Source: an uncultured bacterium (GTDB lineage: Bacteria > CSSED10-310 > CAZUFC01). From it: 41,599 nt of DNA. Position numbers and translations under genes: made by a program. Of the stretch, positions 15,001 through 20,176 are shown piece by piece; positions within the stretch are counted from its first letter, which is position 1, and each line of letters begins with the position of its first letter. Where the stretch lies: contig CAZUFC010000071.1 of assembly GCA_964619725.1 (NCBI GenBank), positions 1 through 41,599 of the forward strand, written 5' to 3'. The notes beneath the pieces were generated by a model, which was not told where the DNA came from, searched no databases, and worked only from the letters and a program-made list of their open reading frames with translations.

Positions 15001-15298
15001 GGCCAACGCAGATTATCATCTGCAATCCACTATCGGAAGCTATCACAACGGTTCCTGGGAATCGGACGAAAATTGCTCACCCTGTATAGACGCAGGCGAT
15101 CCCGCCGATGCATGCAGCAACGAACCAGCCCCTAACGGCGATATAGTCAATATGGGCGCTTACGGAAATACTGCAGAAGCATCCATGTCATGCTATATGA
15201 TGGTCCCCGCCCTGTCGGCGCTGGGAATCATCATTCTGGCGGTATTGTTTGGTCTTGGACTGTCATCGAAAAGAGGAAAATACAGGCGCGAAAATTAG
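38..15298 (+). CDS. Giant (>=5086 aa, 5'-truncated) surface protein: tandem DUF1565-like right-handed beta-helix modules, Pro/Thr linkers, six Cys-containing PPC-like repeats, a final beta-helix module and an IPTL-CTERM-like anchor
   Basis: Five full modules start with (F/Y)(H/Y)VD..NG.D.NDG.SW.TAKASI and end with DYHL...SPCID.G...D(M/I)G(A/F)DE. GGG(I/L)Y beta-helix repeats occur throughout. Six QTNCGW...YY(A/V)V(V/I)DSY..CG(Y/F)W repeats lie at about 11580-13920. The C-terminus VPALSALGIIILAVLFGLGLSSKRGK is a TM helix plus basic tail. There is no signal peptide and the ORF starts mid-module. Confidence 0.85.
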   Translation: MRNPGYALGGALFCAQSSSPTFDGDILSCNTAYAYGHGSQYRARGYGYAYGGCIYAQASSAPSFSGCDITDNIAESYISSYYSSTAQAYGAGMFTGNAAIVELYDVLLSGNSTAGSMSNWWLGGAIYMDESADVSIDRSTIIANSASYGAALYYKITGGILTNSVLAANGSDAIYLTESDPAIFNVTIADNTGTAVYCNSSSPTITNCIMWGNDDDLDGCPQSSYSDIEEGTPDGAGTGNIIPPLNPIFLGGGDYHLQVISPCIDRGTNVGAPDHDIDGDVRPYAGGIADMGADETQEVNPTPTATAYSTPSMLISRMTTPTPAATDFHVDQANGDDSNDGLSWATAKASIQAGIDLVTVGGNVHVAEGDYYENLELISNLNLLGGYPAGGGARDPEVYVTVIDGGGADAAIKAETPGGYNSLIDGFTIRNGETSRGAGLYCLQFMGLTISNNIFTNNTAYSASGPVNGGAIASYASEVTITSNTITGNTALTTAESVEAQGGAIFNYYSVMTVSDNTITYNTASVTASSSSAQGGGICGVSHYDTLTISEHTLSYNTSMGSASNTMIQGGAIHCSGLNTAQIFNNEIAYNAAMTSGNPNNPEAMGGAVYYALTASDASISSNNILENKAYVNYNASGSPTNYAYGGGIYMAQDSSPLLSENSIVNNTAYAYALTNSSNRTATAYSYGGGLYCCEGSSPSLDGDMIVANTSYAYGHGSQYQSRGYGYAYGGGCCLIGVSVPTLSNFATVADNIAEGRVSSYYSSQGYSYGGGIYGDSDTSLHAENAIISGNSATGSHSCCWTGGGLWLNGAADLQFDKCDIRDNQATEGGGLYLSSCSGSFRNTFTVLNSSDGFKLSDSSPELYNLTIADNGGTGVECTGASTPVIVNCIFWDNYDDLDQCSATYSNVEEGAEGEGNLDPPVNPDFYGYGDYHLRFTSPCIDEGTSEDAPPDDFDSEVRPDPDTGLVDIGADEFYELLITPRPSPTKTPSATATYSPTPKPTSTFTLTPTSTPAPPYPDIYVDQNFGDDNNDGLSWGTAKASIGAALAATSAGFFNIHVAEGTYYENLVLWDGINLLGGYQAGGGLRDPETYTTIIDGQGLGPVILIVYSFAVTVDGFTVQNGQGAYGAGIYCYSSDAVSISSNTVTGNTAISGSSTVQGGGLYAYYSTISINDNTISENTSSISAGSSVACGAGFFGQELFDSSLTNNSIINNAAYASGSGSAAAGGALYFLDNIGSFAISSNTIENNTAEATGNATGSYGGAVYCSGYAATVLENNEISGNCAQNNSPSASGTVRGGGVYWGIAGTASTISGNVISANSAYSYYNSSGSREYDARGGGMYIDELSCPNMIGNDITSNQAYCYTKTNSQNRTATSYACGGGIYCALSSSPSMSGDTISGNTAYAYGHASQYQSTGYAYAYAGGIYFVGSAGPVMSDFTSISDNKAEGGVSSYNSSQGYVYGGGIYCGENGALNAETVILSGNVCTGTNSGCWFGGGAYFNLSGPVSFDRCETVDNTATYGAGHYANGTDGVYTNCFVVSNSSDGFYLDDASPELTNLSIANNGGTGVKCLNGSSPVITNCIVWFNGDDLHTCPQASYSDIGEGAPDGEGAGNFIPPVDPVFLGGGDYHLSDHSPCIDRGTDIGAPDHDIDGEFRPYAGTITDMGADETDSMNPTVLPTITETPTATPTFTPTATITPEDDHFYVDGINGDDSNDGLNWETAKASVQGGINLVSGSGIVHVAATTYYENVSLTSGVTLLGGYPPGGGTRDPAVNVTVIDGDHNDCAFKAENGQDAVIDGFTVTNGDASLGGGIYCLNFDGMTVSNNIITGNTVSSGSDGVKGGGIYSYNSSITIESNTVTGNTANSSASGGYAHGAGVYCGVYDTAVINENQITANLSATSGTSAESAGGGLVCQVFSGTLTVAGNTLTENTAQSDGGGSKTKAGGFYCSGAGVADIADNQITNNVAQTSGNPNNAEAYGGGVYHAVLNYGSTMTDNVISDNRAYVYYNSSGSPTNYAYGGGFYMAENSSPSLSGNVISSNTAYSYSRSNSQNRTANSYAYGGGLYCCEGSSPSFNGDLISFNTAYAYGHASQYQSTGNAYVYGGGCYFYGSSSPSFSHDATVSSNGSEGRVTTYYSSQAYAYGGGIYAGADVALNAEDSFITGNYIAGSDASNWYGDGFYFNGSTNVDFDRCDIRENAASTGGGLYLNESDASFSNCFVVLNADDAFYLYDSSPDLMNMTIADNNGTAVECTGTSSPTIVNCIMWDNGDDLDNCSATYSDIEEGAEGEGNIDPPVNPDFFGYGDYHLRYTSPCIDEGTSTGAPPDDFDGEARPNPSSGLIDIGADEFYESDITATPQPTKTPSRTPTYSPTATNSPTPSLTPTTTPTLPYPDLYVDQTNGNDENDGSSWGTAKASIGSALDAASSGFCNIHVAEGNYQENLILFDGINLLGGYPAGGGEREPATYVTTIDGGEIDSTLTIVFCLSVAVDGFVIQNGLQEYGGGLYCFSAMDIEISNNVITGNTAYSVSSDAFGGGVYALDSWITVSGNTVTDNTSVSTADSHYVRGGGIYIEGAMDSTITGNEITANFCYASGSGATAAGAGMYTLDHVGTLSVTSNELTDNIAQASGNAVTALGGGLHCAGNSTLGVTNNVITGNKAQNSSPSASWGTVRGGGVYCDVAGTAATLSGNDISQNSAYSYYNASGSSEYNARGGGMFIDEFSSPYMSENTITSNTAYCYTRTNSQSRTVTSYAYGGGIYCAQFSSPHMNGDTIAGNTSYAYGHAVQYRSTAYGYAYAGGIYFTGSSEPVIYGFSSVTDNLAEANNSSYYTAYSYTYAGGIYCGEGAALNAETFLVSGNACAGSHSGNWTGGAGYFYQSGPVQFDRCEILDNSATYGAGFYNNATDGIFTNCFVVANSSEGFYLDAASPELMNLTIADNSGTGVRCEGASSPVITNCIVWNNSDDLSGCPQASYSDIGEGSPDGDGIGNFIPPLEPLFIDVDDYHLHELSPCIDRGTNLGTPDHDIDGDSRPYAGKIADMGADETLATNPTPLPTITQTATPTPTFTPTPTVTPDDNEYYVDGINGSDFNDGRNWETAKASIKAAIDLVQDAGVVHVAAETYYENISMKSGLSLLGGYPPGGGARDPETNVTIIDGSAGWNVIVAENAQDISIDGFKITNGDAQYGAGIYCYNVRNMVVSNNVITQNTAESSSSDTFGGGLYAHHSGLEIIFNDISDNRSLTSFEGAVAYGAGIYCDGDSRISIAGNTITDNTAYGSGSTSNAAGGALSSFDSCTDVLANVIENNYAQAYGSSLGGGIHCEESEPTNISGNTVAANTAEGLGINSRAYGGGMHLTIPDSKARLEDNIIQSNAAYIYYYSSGSPTGKCYGGGVYLGENCDPVMLENFIDSNCAYAYCRTNSSSRQAYAYSYGGGIYGADGASPLISSGTITANTSYAMGHAAQYNSRGYAYAYAGGVYLSDNSVTTVNADCLISGNIADAYGYGNYTPTSQSFGGGFYCTGASTSLTLIDVELTLSSADSNISNNAFGGAMYLHSITPQFDRTSITGNTADIGGGIYLYETNGGSFQNLLIQGSSSHAVYSVDSDPSIVNDTIADNGNGIFCTGTTLPVIWNCILWNNNDDLNGCTATYSDVEDGDPGEGNIAQNPNFFGSGDYHLFFMSPCINAGTNDGAPTLDIDKQSRPNESVTDMGFDEVHAFPPNTPTPTNTPSPGPTCQPLSTFTPTSHPTYFPTDTPTLTPTPTVTLSPTITLTPTETLTPTITLSPTASPTLTPTLSPTATLSPTQPPTLTPTFSPTPDMTSTRTPTFTVTSTETPTETVVPTPIPTSTPIHQTNCGWYNNFEDYACGISGLAGEDFITLFEVSEVCDITLSMYNVTPQDYDPILLLWDGAGPEHCFIYVDDNGQGEGETITIAGLEPGNYYAVIDSYESCGYWDLSLTIENCASVTPTPIYTTTSTPTAIPTGTPIPQTNCGWYNDFEDYACGIEGLAGEDFIAFIEVPEVCDVTLMIDNIEPGDYDPILLLLNGPGPEYCIAYVYDNGEGEGEILTMDSLAPGNYYVVVDSYSDCGYWDMTYSLDACASPTPTLIPSSTPSPTPIPTQTPIPQTNCGWNNDFEDYGCGINGLAGEDFISFLVVPNVCDFTLTIDNVRPHPFDDEYDPVLLLLDGPDPQDCIIYADANGSNQGETISIDSFGPGTYYAVVDSYESCGYWDMVYSLDDCRTPTPETSPTSTGTPTFTAIPTGTPIPQTNCGWYDDWQDYACGINGLEGEDFITFFVVQQICDVTLTIDNLTPGDYDPVLLLLDGPGPEFCFAYADEHGAAEGESITITSLQPGTYYAVVDSYESCGFWNVSLTFDNCITPTPIPSETPIPQTNCGWYDDWQDYSCGIYDLYGEDFITFFVVNRVCDVTLSIDGIIPENYDPILLLLDGPGPLYCFAYADDNGAGSGESITIPDMEPGNYYAVVDSYEDCGYWNLSYTLDNCQTSTPSPTPTYTPTPNPQSNCGMNDDYQDYGCGISGLYGEDLGIFVVNHEYCDVTIAIENVTPSEYDPVLLIMSGPDPSDCFIYADDNGPGEGESITLLSLEPGNYFVVIDSYEDCGYFNFIQVFENCQVYSPTPTFTPSPGITPTTTPTHVCTTIYVPQDYLTIQDAVNAALDCDTVLIDDGVYTGDKNKNIDFKGKAITVTSINGPENCAIDCEYEGRGFIFFRGEDNGSVLNGLDIRNSSANYGSGIYIQNSSPIISNCIISYCSSESDGGGIYCGNSSSPEITGCSIVGNSAGGMGGALYCRDYSDPTITNCSISENTAEHCGGIYSYNAAPHVLNCSIYDNYGYHNGGVYCDIGSACTLENCTIFNNSSLDQGGALHFAGSSENVLLKNCLLAGNATEEYGGGVACWYASPTFQNCTFTENSGENGAGAFYCLNSAPIIKNCIFWNDTPNEIQTAGVSVIYITYSNIQGGFEGDGNINQNPMFVDPANADYHLQSTIGSYHNGSWESDENCSPCIDAGDPADACSNEPAPNGDIVNMGAYGNTAEASMSCYMMVPALSALGIIILAVLFGLGLSSKRGKYRREN

Positions 15299-15413
15299 AG
15301 CTTTTAACATCGATAATTTTAATCGTCCTTCGAGTTTGCGGACTGGAAGCAGATGCATCCCTGGCGTAAGGGATGAGTTGCATAGGCAGCCCCTGTCAAA
15401 TTCCGGGCCTGAC

Positions 15414-15470
15414 TAGTGCCTGTCCATAAACTCGATTGTCGATTCAAAATTTAATGCTGGACAGCCACTA
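15414..15470. repeat. 57-bp inverted-repeat element, family A, copy 1
   Basis: TAGTGCCTGTCCA...TGGACAGCCACTA form imperfect 13-bp terminal inverted repeats. Near-identical to 33954-34010 and 38323-38379. Confidence 0.85.
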
Positions 15471-15528
15471 CATAAAAAATATTTGCAGCCTTACCGGCTT
15501 GCAGTTTTGACGGCTGTTGGTGGGACGA

Positions 15529-15569
15529 CCTCACCCCCCGGCCCCCTCTCCATGAATGGCGAGGGGGAG
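15529..15569. repeat. REP-like GC-rich palindrome (CCTCACCCC...CCCCCTCTCC...GGCGAGGGGG type)
   Basis: Hairpin CCCCCTCTCCA-TGAA-TGGCGAGGGGG preceded by CCTCACCCCCCGG. Single copy, lying between convergent genes. Confidence 0.6.
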
Positions 15570-15640
15570 TAAGATTGGGTTATTTTCCGGCTGGTTATGG
15601 GATTTCGTTTGTTGTTATTTGGTTGGTTTGAGAGAAGTTC

Positions 15641-15810
15641 TGGGTCTGATCAAACCGGGGTTGCGCTTATTTCATAATTTTTGACGTTTGGTTTCAGTAA
15701 TCGGGGTCGGTATTGGGATCGCAATCGTAATCGACATCGAGATCAAAACAAAATGATGGGATATTCTATCGAATTGCAACCTCAAAAGACCCATTTTTGA
15801 TCAATGGCCT
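15641..15810 (+). mobile_element. 170-bp MITE-like element, family C, copy 1 (about 7 internal hexamers)
   Basis: Ends are TGGGTCTGATCAA and TTGATCAATGGCCT. It aligns end to end with the reverse complement of 40984-41255. Confidence 0.75.
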
Positions 15811-15813
15811 CAT

Positions 15814-16560
15814 TTAATACTTCCCGATGTACTCCTTCCCGGTTTTGATAAGGGAATCGCCCGGCTGCCATCCTGCAGGCGCCGCCTGGCCGGGGTTCGC
15901 CTTCACAGCCTGCATGGCCTTTATCTGCCGAATCAGTTCCTCTACATTTCTTCCAACCGGTTCGGTCAATACTTCTACGGCCTGCACTATACCGTCAGGG
16001 TCAATTATGAATCGCCCCCTGTGGTTCAGTCCCGACGAACTCTTCCATACGCCGTACGCTCTTGATACGTTGCCGCTCGGATCGGAAGCCATTGCGTACC
16101 AAACGTTCTTAACCGTCGGGGAGGTCTTTTTCCACATCCAATGCGAGAAATGAGTGTCGGTGCTTATAGCGATTACTTCTACGCCCAATTCCTTCAACTC
16201 TTTTTCGGCGGCTGCGACCGCAGCCAGCTCAGTCGGTCAGACGAATGTGAAATCAGCAGGATAGAAACAAATGACTCGCCATTTTCCATTATAGTCGGAA
16301 AGTTTAACCATTTTAGTTTCGTCTCCCACAACAGCCGGCAGCTCAAAGTTGATCGCATGCTCACCAGGCATCGGCATATGCGAAGAGGTCATTGCATCTT
16401 CAGTCGCTTCCCCTTCTTCTGCAGGTTTGTTCTCCGAAGGAGTCCCGCACGCGCCGAGAACCTGTGCATTGACCGCCGCAGGCATATAAATCTGAGCGGC
16501 GCAGACCAGAATAAACACCGCAAACATTGACAAATAAAACTTTTTACTCATCATCTTCAT
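15814..16560 (-). CDS. prxU: Selenocysteine-containing peroxiredoxin (AhpC/Prx1, PrxU-type) with an N-terminal signal peptide; 248 aa with UGA read as Sec
   Basis: ORF-track entries 16237-16560 and 15814-16197 are in the same frame and join as FYPADFTFV-TGA-PTELAAV, the peroxidatic motif. Downstream motifs ISTDTHFSH, RGRFIIDPDG and GRNVEE are present. RBS GGAGG lies before the ATG at 16560. Confidence 0.93.
16210..16225 (-). promoter_or_regulatory. Bacterial SECIS-like hairpin
   Basis: The mRNA reads GGCUGC-GGUC-GCAGCC, a 6-bp stem starting 11 nt after the UGA (16237-16239) with a GGUC apical loop. Confidence 0.8.
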
Positions 16561-16754
16561 TTTTACCTCCTGTTTTTACATGGAGCTTGTTTAATGACTT
16601 TCAAACGTCTGACTTCCCGGATTCTTCTGCGGCGCTTCGCCGCTGCAAATAATTTTGTTGAACTGAGCCGACAGGTATACCTCCTTTGGTTTTACGTTCA
16701 ACGATCGATACTCTCGAAGACTGATTCTATTAAAATTCAGTTTTAATTTCAAGG

Positions 16755-16811
16755 CGGCGCATGTCCGTAAACTCGAATCAAGATTCAAATTTCAGGGTTG
16801 GTAAGGCATTT
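16755..16811. repeat. Degenerate family A element
   Basis: Core TGTCCGTAAACTCGAATCAAGATTCAAATTT matches family A. It lies directly before a family B copy, as at 33954-34155. Confidence 0.6.
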
Positions 16812-16815
16812 CGAA

Positions 16816-16956
16816 TTTTTGATCCATAAACGGCGAAATTTTCTCAAGGCAAGGAAGGCAGGGATTTGAGGAGGAGACGCATTACATTTACGTTGAGTAA
16901 GCAAATCCACGACCTGTCGCAGCATTGGGGGAAATTCTCCGTTTGTGGACAAAAAC
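16816..16956 (+). mobile_element. About 141-bp MITE-like element, family B, copy 1
   Basis: Inverted ends TTTTTGATCCATAAACGGCGAA and TTCTCCGTTTGTGGACAAAAA. Homologous to 34013-34155. Confidence 0.8.
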
Positions 16957-17127
16957 AAGGGAAGCGCTGATTTTTGCTTAAAACATTATTCACAGGTTAA
17001 GGAAGCCCCTTATACCGTAACGTGGAGGCTGGGCTTTCGTCTCTTTTCAACATTTGACTTTAATGGGAGATGAAGCTAAAGAAGTAATTGTGTAGCTTTT
17101 TGATAATACTGCCCATTTAGGGGGGGA

Positions 17128-20100
17128 ATGATGAAAAAAGATTTAACGGGATTAAAAAGTTTTTTGATCGTATTTTCGTTTTTCGTTTTGATGAGGATGC
17201 CTTTTTGCAGGGCTACGGATTGCGGCGATCCGGAGTATTCTCCCGGCGAGATATTGTTAAAATTGAAGGCCGGTTACGCTCTGCAAAGCGCTGCGGCTTT
17301 TCAGGCGTTGAATCAAAAGTACGGCGTAACTGAATCGAAACAGCTTTTCAAGAATTTCGATCCTTCTCGCATAAAGCAAAAGAGCGTACCGGGATTACTG
17401 GAAGCGCCCGATTTATCGAATATTTTCAAATTAAAACTGTCCGAGACGGCGGATATTATTAAGGCCGTCGAGGAGTACAACCAGGCGGACGGCGTGGAAT
17501 ATGCGGAACCGAATTACATTGCGCGAGTCATGGGGATACCGGATGATACCTATTTCGATCAGCAATGGGGGCTTGACGACATCGATGCGCCGGAAGCCTG
17601 GGACATAACCACGGGCAGTCCCGATATCATAATTGCGATAATTGATACCGGCATAGACCGTGATCACCCGGACCTGGACGACAAAATATGGACCAATGCC
17701 GGCGAGATACCCGGCAACGACGTGGACGACGACGGGAACGGCTACGTGGATGATGTGTGGGGATGGAACTGGGCATCGGTCGAGCAGGACCCGGACGATT
17801 ACGATTTCGATAATCCCAGGGATGATAACGGACACGGCACCCATGTGGCGGGAATCGCCGCTGCCGAGACCAACAACGCCCAGGGCGTGGCAGGGGTATG
17901 CCCGGACTGCGGAATTATGTCGCTCAAGGCGTTCCGCAGTGACGGGACCGGGAATTATTCGGATATTGCTGAAGCGATTTATTATGCGTCGGATATTGGA
18001 GCGAAGGTGATTAATATGAGTTTTGCCGGAGAATCGCATTCAGCCACGATGGAAAATGCCCTGGCCGTGGCTTATTCGTCGTCGCTGCTGGTCGCCGCCA
18101 CGGGAAATAACGCCTGTCGTATCGGAGTTCCCGGCTGTTACTGCTGTGGGCTTTTTTGTTGCGGCAACAGGTTTTTTCCCGCCGCTTATAACTTCGTACT
18201 TGGTATCGGGGCTGTTAAATCGAACGGAGAAAGACCCTTATTTTCAAATTACGACCAGGATGGGTCTTGCTTCAGCGCATTCGATCAGGAATACAATTAT
18301 GACTTCGATGCTCCGGGAAGCAACATCTACAGTTCAATGTTCGGAAGCGCATACGGATCGATGACGGGAACATCGATGGCCGCGCCTTTCGCGTCGGGTA
18401 CGATCGGATTGCTTATCGATTATCATCCTGATTGGTCGCATGAATTAATTCGCGGGCAGTTGAACCATGCTTCTGATAATTTAAATGCCTATTCTGAGCT
18501 GACGGTTGTTCCTGAACCTCATCTGGTCTTCCAGGACGGCAATGAAACGTATGACGACAGCGCCGGAGATAATGACGGAAGGGTTGATTCAGGTGAAACC
18601 GTCGGACTAATTATCCCTTTAAAGAATTATTGGGGACAGGCCGAGGGCGTAACGGCAACCCTTACCAGTTCTGATCCCTGGGTAACTATCGTCAATAATA
18701 CGTCCGTTTACGGAACCATTTCCCCGTATGCTTCAATGGATAATACCGGCGATATGTTCATATTTTTTCTGTCCGAGGATTGTCCGAACAACCATACTGT
18801 AAGTTTGGATATTTCAATTACAGCCAATGAAGGAGATTATTCCTCACAAATATCCGTCTCTTTTGATGCTGAACGGGGGATGGAATTATATGGCAGCATA
18901 TCTATCGATACAACATTACATTCAGATTACCTTTACATAGTTACCGGTAATCTTTACGTAGAACCTGGCGTAACGCTCACTCTCGAAAAAGGTCTGCGCT
19001 TGCAGTTCTTTCCCACACTCTATATGAGGGTCGACGGCACAATTATGGCTGTTGGAACCGAAGAAGAACCGATAGTTTTTACATCTAATTCTACCTCTCC
19101 AACGTCTGGCGACTGGGGATATATCCATCTTTATGGCAGCAGCAACGATGCTGTTTATGATGCCTATAATAATTATATTAGCGGAGCCACAATACAATAT
19201 GCCAATATTGAATATGCTAGTACTGGTTTAATATTAACATCTTGCGAACCGTATATTGCTCATAATTATATTGCTTTTAATAATTCCACCGGGACAGTAA
19301 AAGCCGGCGGTATTTTCTCCACCGGTATTGATGTAAGTCCTTTAATTTGTCATAATGTTATTTCACATAACATCTCACAAACACATCAAGCTGCTGCAGG
19401 AGTACATTTAGATGGCGGCGGAATTTTGCAAAACAATACTATCATTGAAAATTCTTCGGCACGGACAACTGCCGGCGTTTACGCAACCAACGCAATTATT
19501 GAAGAAAATTTGATTTTACACAATAAATCGGAAGGATATGAAGGAGGAGCAATTAAAATAGTAGATAGTTTTTTAAATAAAAATTTGATTGCTTATAATG
19601 AATTGAAAGCAGGGAGTCATTTTGCCGGCGGAGGCGGCTTATGTTCTGAAGGTGATGCTTCAGCAATAACTAATAATACAATTATTGGCAACATTGTTGA
19701 TGGTGATGGGATATATAGAGTATTTGGAAGCGGTGTTTTATTGTTATTCAACAACTCTATCGAATTCAATAGCAATAATATATACGGCAATACTTGCTTA
19801 AATAACCCCAACGTGGACTCTGAATTCTCTATAAGATACATGAATGACATCAACATACCAAACAACTGGTGGGGAACGACCGATACGGATATAATCGACG
19901 ACATGATTTGGGATTTCTATGATGATCCGGATAATTTCCCAGGGAAGGTAATCTATGAACCGATTGCAACGGAACCCATATCAACGGCGCCGCCGGTATT
20001 AGTTGATGTAACTCTTGATCCACTGAGTCCCGTCGGCGCGGAGACCGTCACCTTCACCCTGACTTTCAGCAAACCAATGGATACGTCAGTTGATCCGTTC

Positions 20101-20169
20101 ATCACATTCGGAGTAGACGATCCGTTCACTCAGCATCAAATAACCGGTTCCTGGGACGTTGTGGAATAG
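17128..20169 (+). CDS. Secreted S8 subtilisin-like serine protease with prodomain, Ig-like and beta-helix domains, ending in the N-terminal half of an Ig-like domain
   Basis: Signal peptide; prodomain end VEYAEPNY; catalytic triad IAIIDTG, HGTHVAG, GTSMAAP; oxyanion ATGN; NNWWGT-type beta-helix end; terminal TFTLTFSKPMD motif. Confidence 0.92.
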   Translation: MMKKDLTGLKSFLIVFSFFVLMRMPFCRATDCGDPEYSPGEILLKLKAGYALQSAAAFQALNQKYGVTESKQLFKNFDPSRIKQKSVPGLLEAPDLSNIFKLKLSETADIIKAVEEYNQADGVEYAEPNYIARVMGIPDDTYFDQQWGLDDIDAPEAWDITTGSPDIIIAIIDTGIDRDHPDLDDKIWTNAGEIPGNDVDDDGNGYVDDVWGWNWASVEQDPDDYDFDNPRDDNGHGTHVAGIAAAETNNAQGVAGVCPDCGIMSLKAFRSDGTGNYSDIAEAIYYASDIGAKVINMSFAGESHSATMENALAVAYSSSLLVAATGNNACRIGVPGCYCCGLFCCGNRFFPAAYNFVLGIGAVKSNGERPLFSNYDQDGSCFSAFDQEYNYDFDAPGSNIYSSMFGSAYGSMTGTSMAAPFASGTIGLLIDYHPDWSHELIRGQLNHASDNLNAYSELTVVPEPHLVFQDGNETYDDSAGDNDGRVDSGETVGLIIPLKNYWGQAEGVTATLTSSDPWVTIVNNTSVYGTISPYASMDNTGDMFIFFLSEDCPNNHTVSLDISITANEGDYSSQISVSFDAERGMELYGSISIDTTLHSDYLYIVTGNLYVEPGVTLTLEKGLRLQFFPTLYMRVDGTIMAVGTEEEPIVFTSNSTSPTSGDWGYIHLYGSSNDAVYDAYNNYISGATIQYANIEYASTGLILTSCEPYIAHNYIAFNNSTGTVKAGGIFSTGIDVSPLICHNVISHNISQTHQAAAGVHLDGGGILQNNTIIENSSARTTAGVYATNAIIEENLILHNKSEGYEGGAIKIVDSFLNKNLIAYNELKAGSHFAGGGGLCSEGDASAITNNTIIGNIVDGDGIYRVFGSGVLLLFNNSIEFNSNNIYGNTCLNNPNVDSEFSIRYMNDINIPNNWWGTTDTDIIDDMIWDFYDDPDNFPGKVIYEPIATEPISTAPPVLVDVTLDPLSPVGAETVTFTLTFSKPMDTSVDPFITFGVDDPFTQHQITGSWDVVE

Positions 20170-20176
20170 AAGGGAT

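Noticed and set aside
54-15046. Many 60-190 aa alternative-frame and antisense ORFs within the giant gene (likewise within the other long genes)
   Set aside because: Shadow ORFs caused by codon bias, with no motifs.
15814-16560. Peroxiredoxin as two genes or a nonsense pseudogene
   Set aside because: The stop is TGA at the catalytic position with a SECIS-like hairpin, so Sec read-through explains it better.
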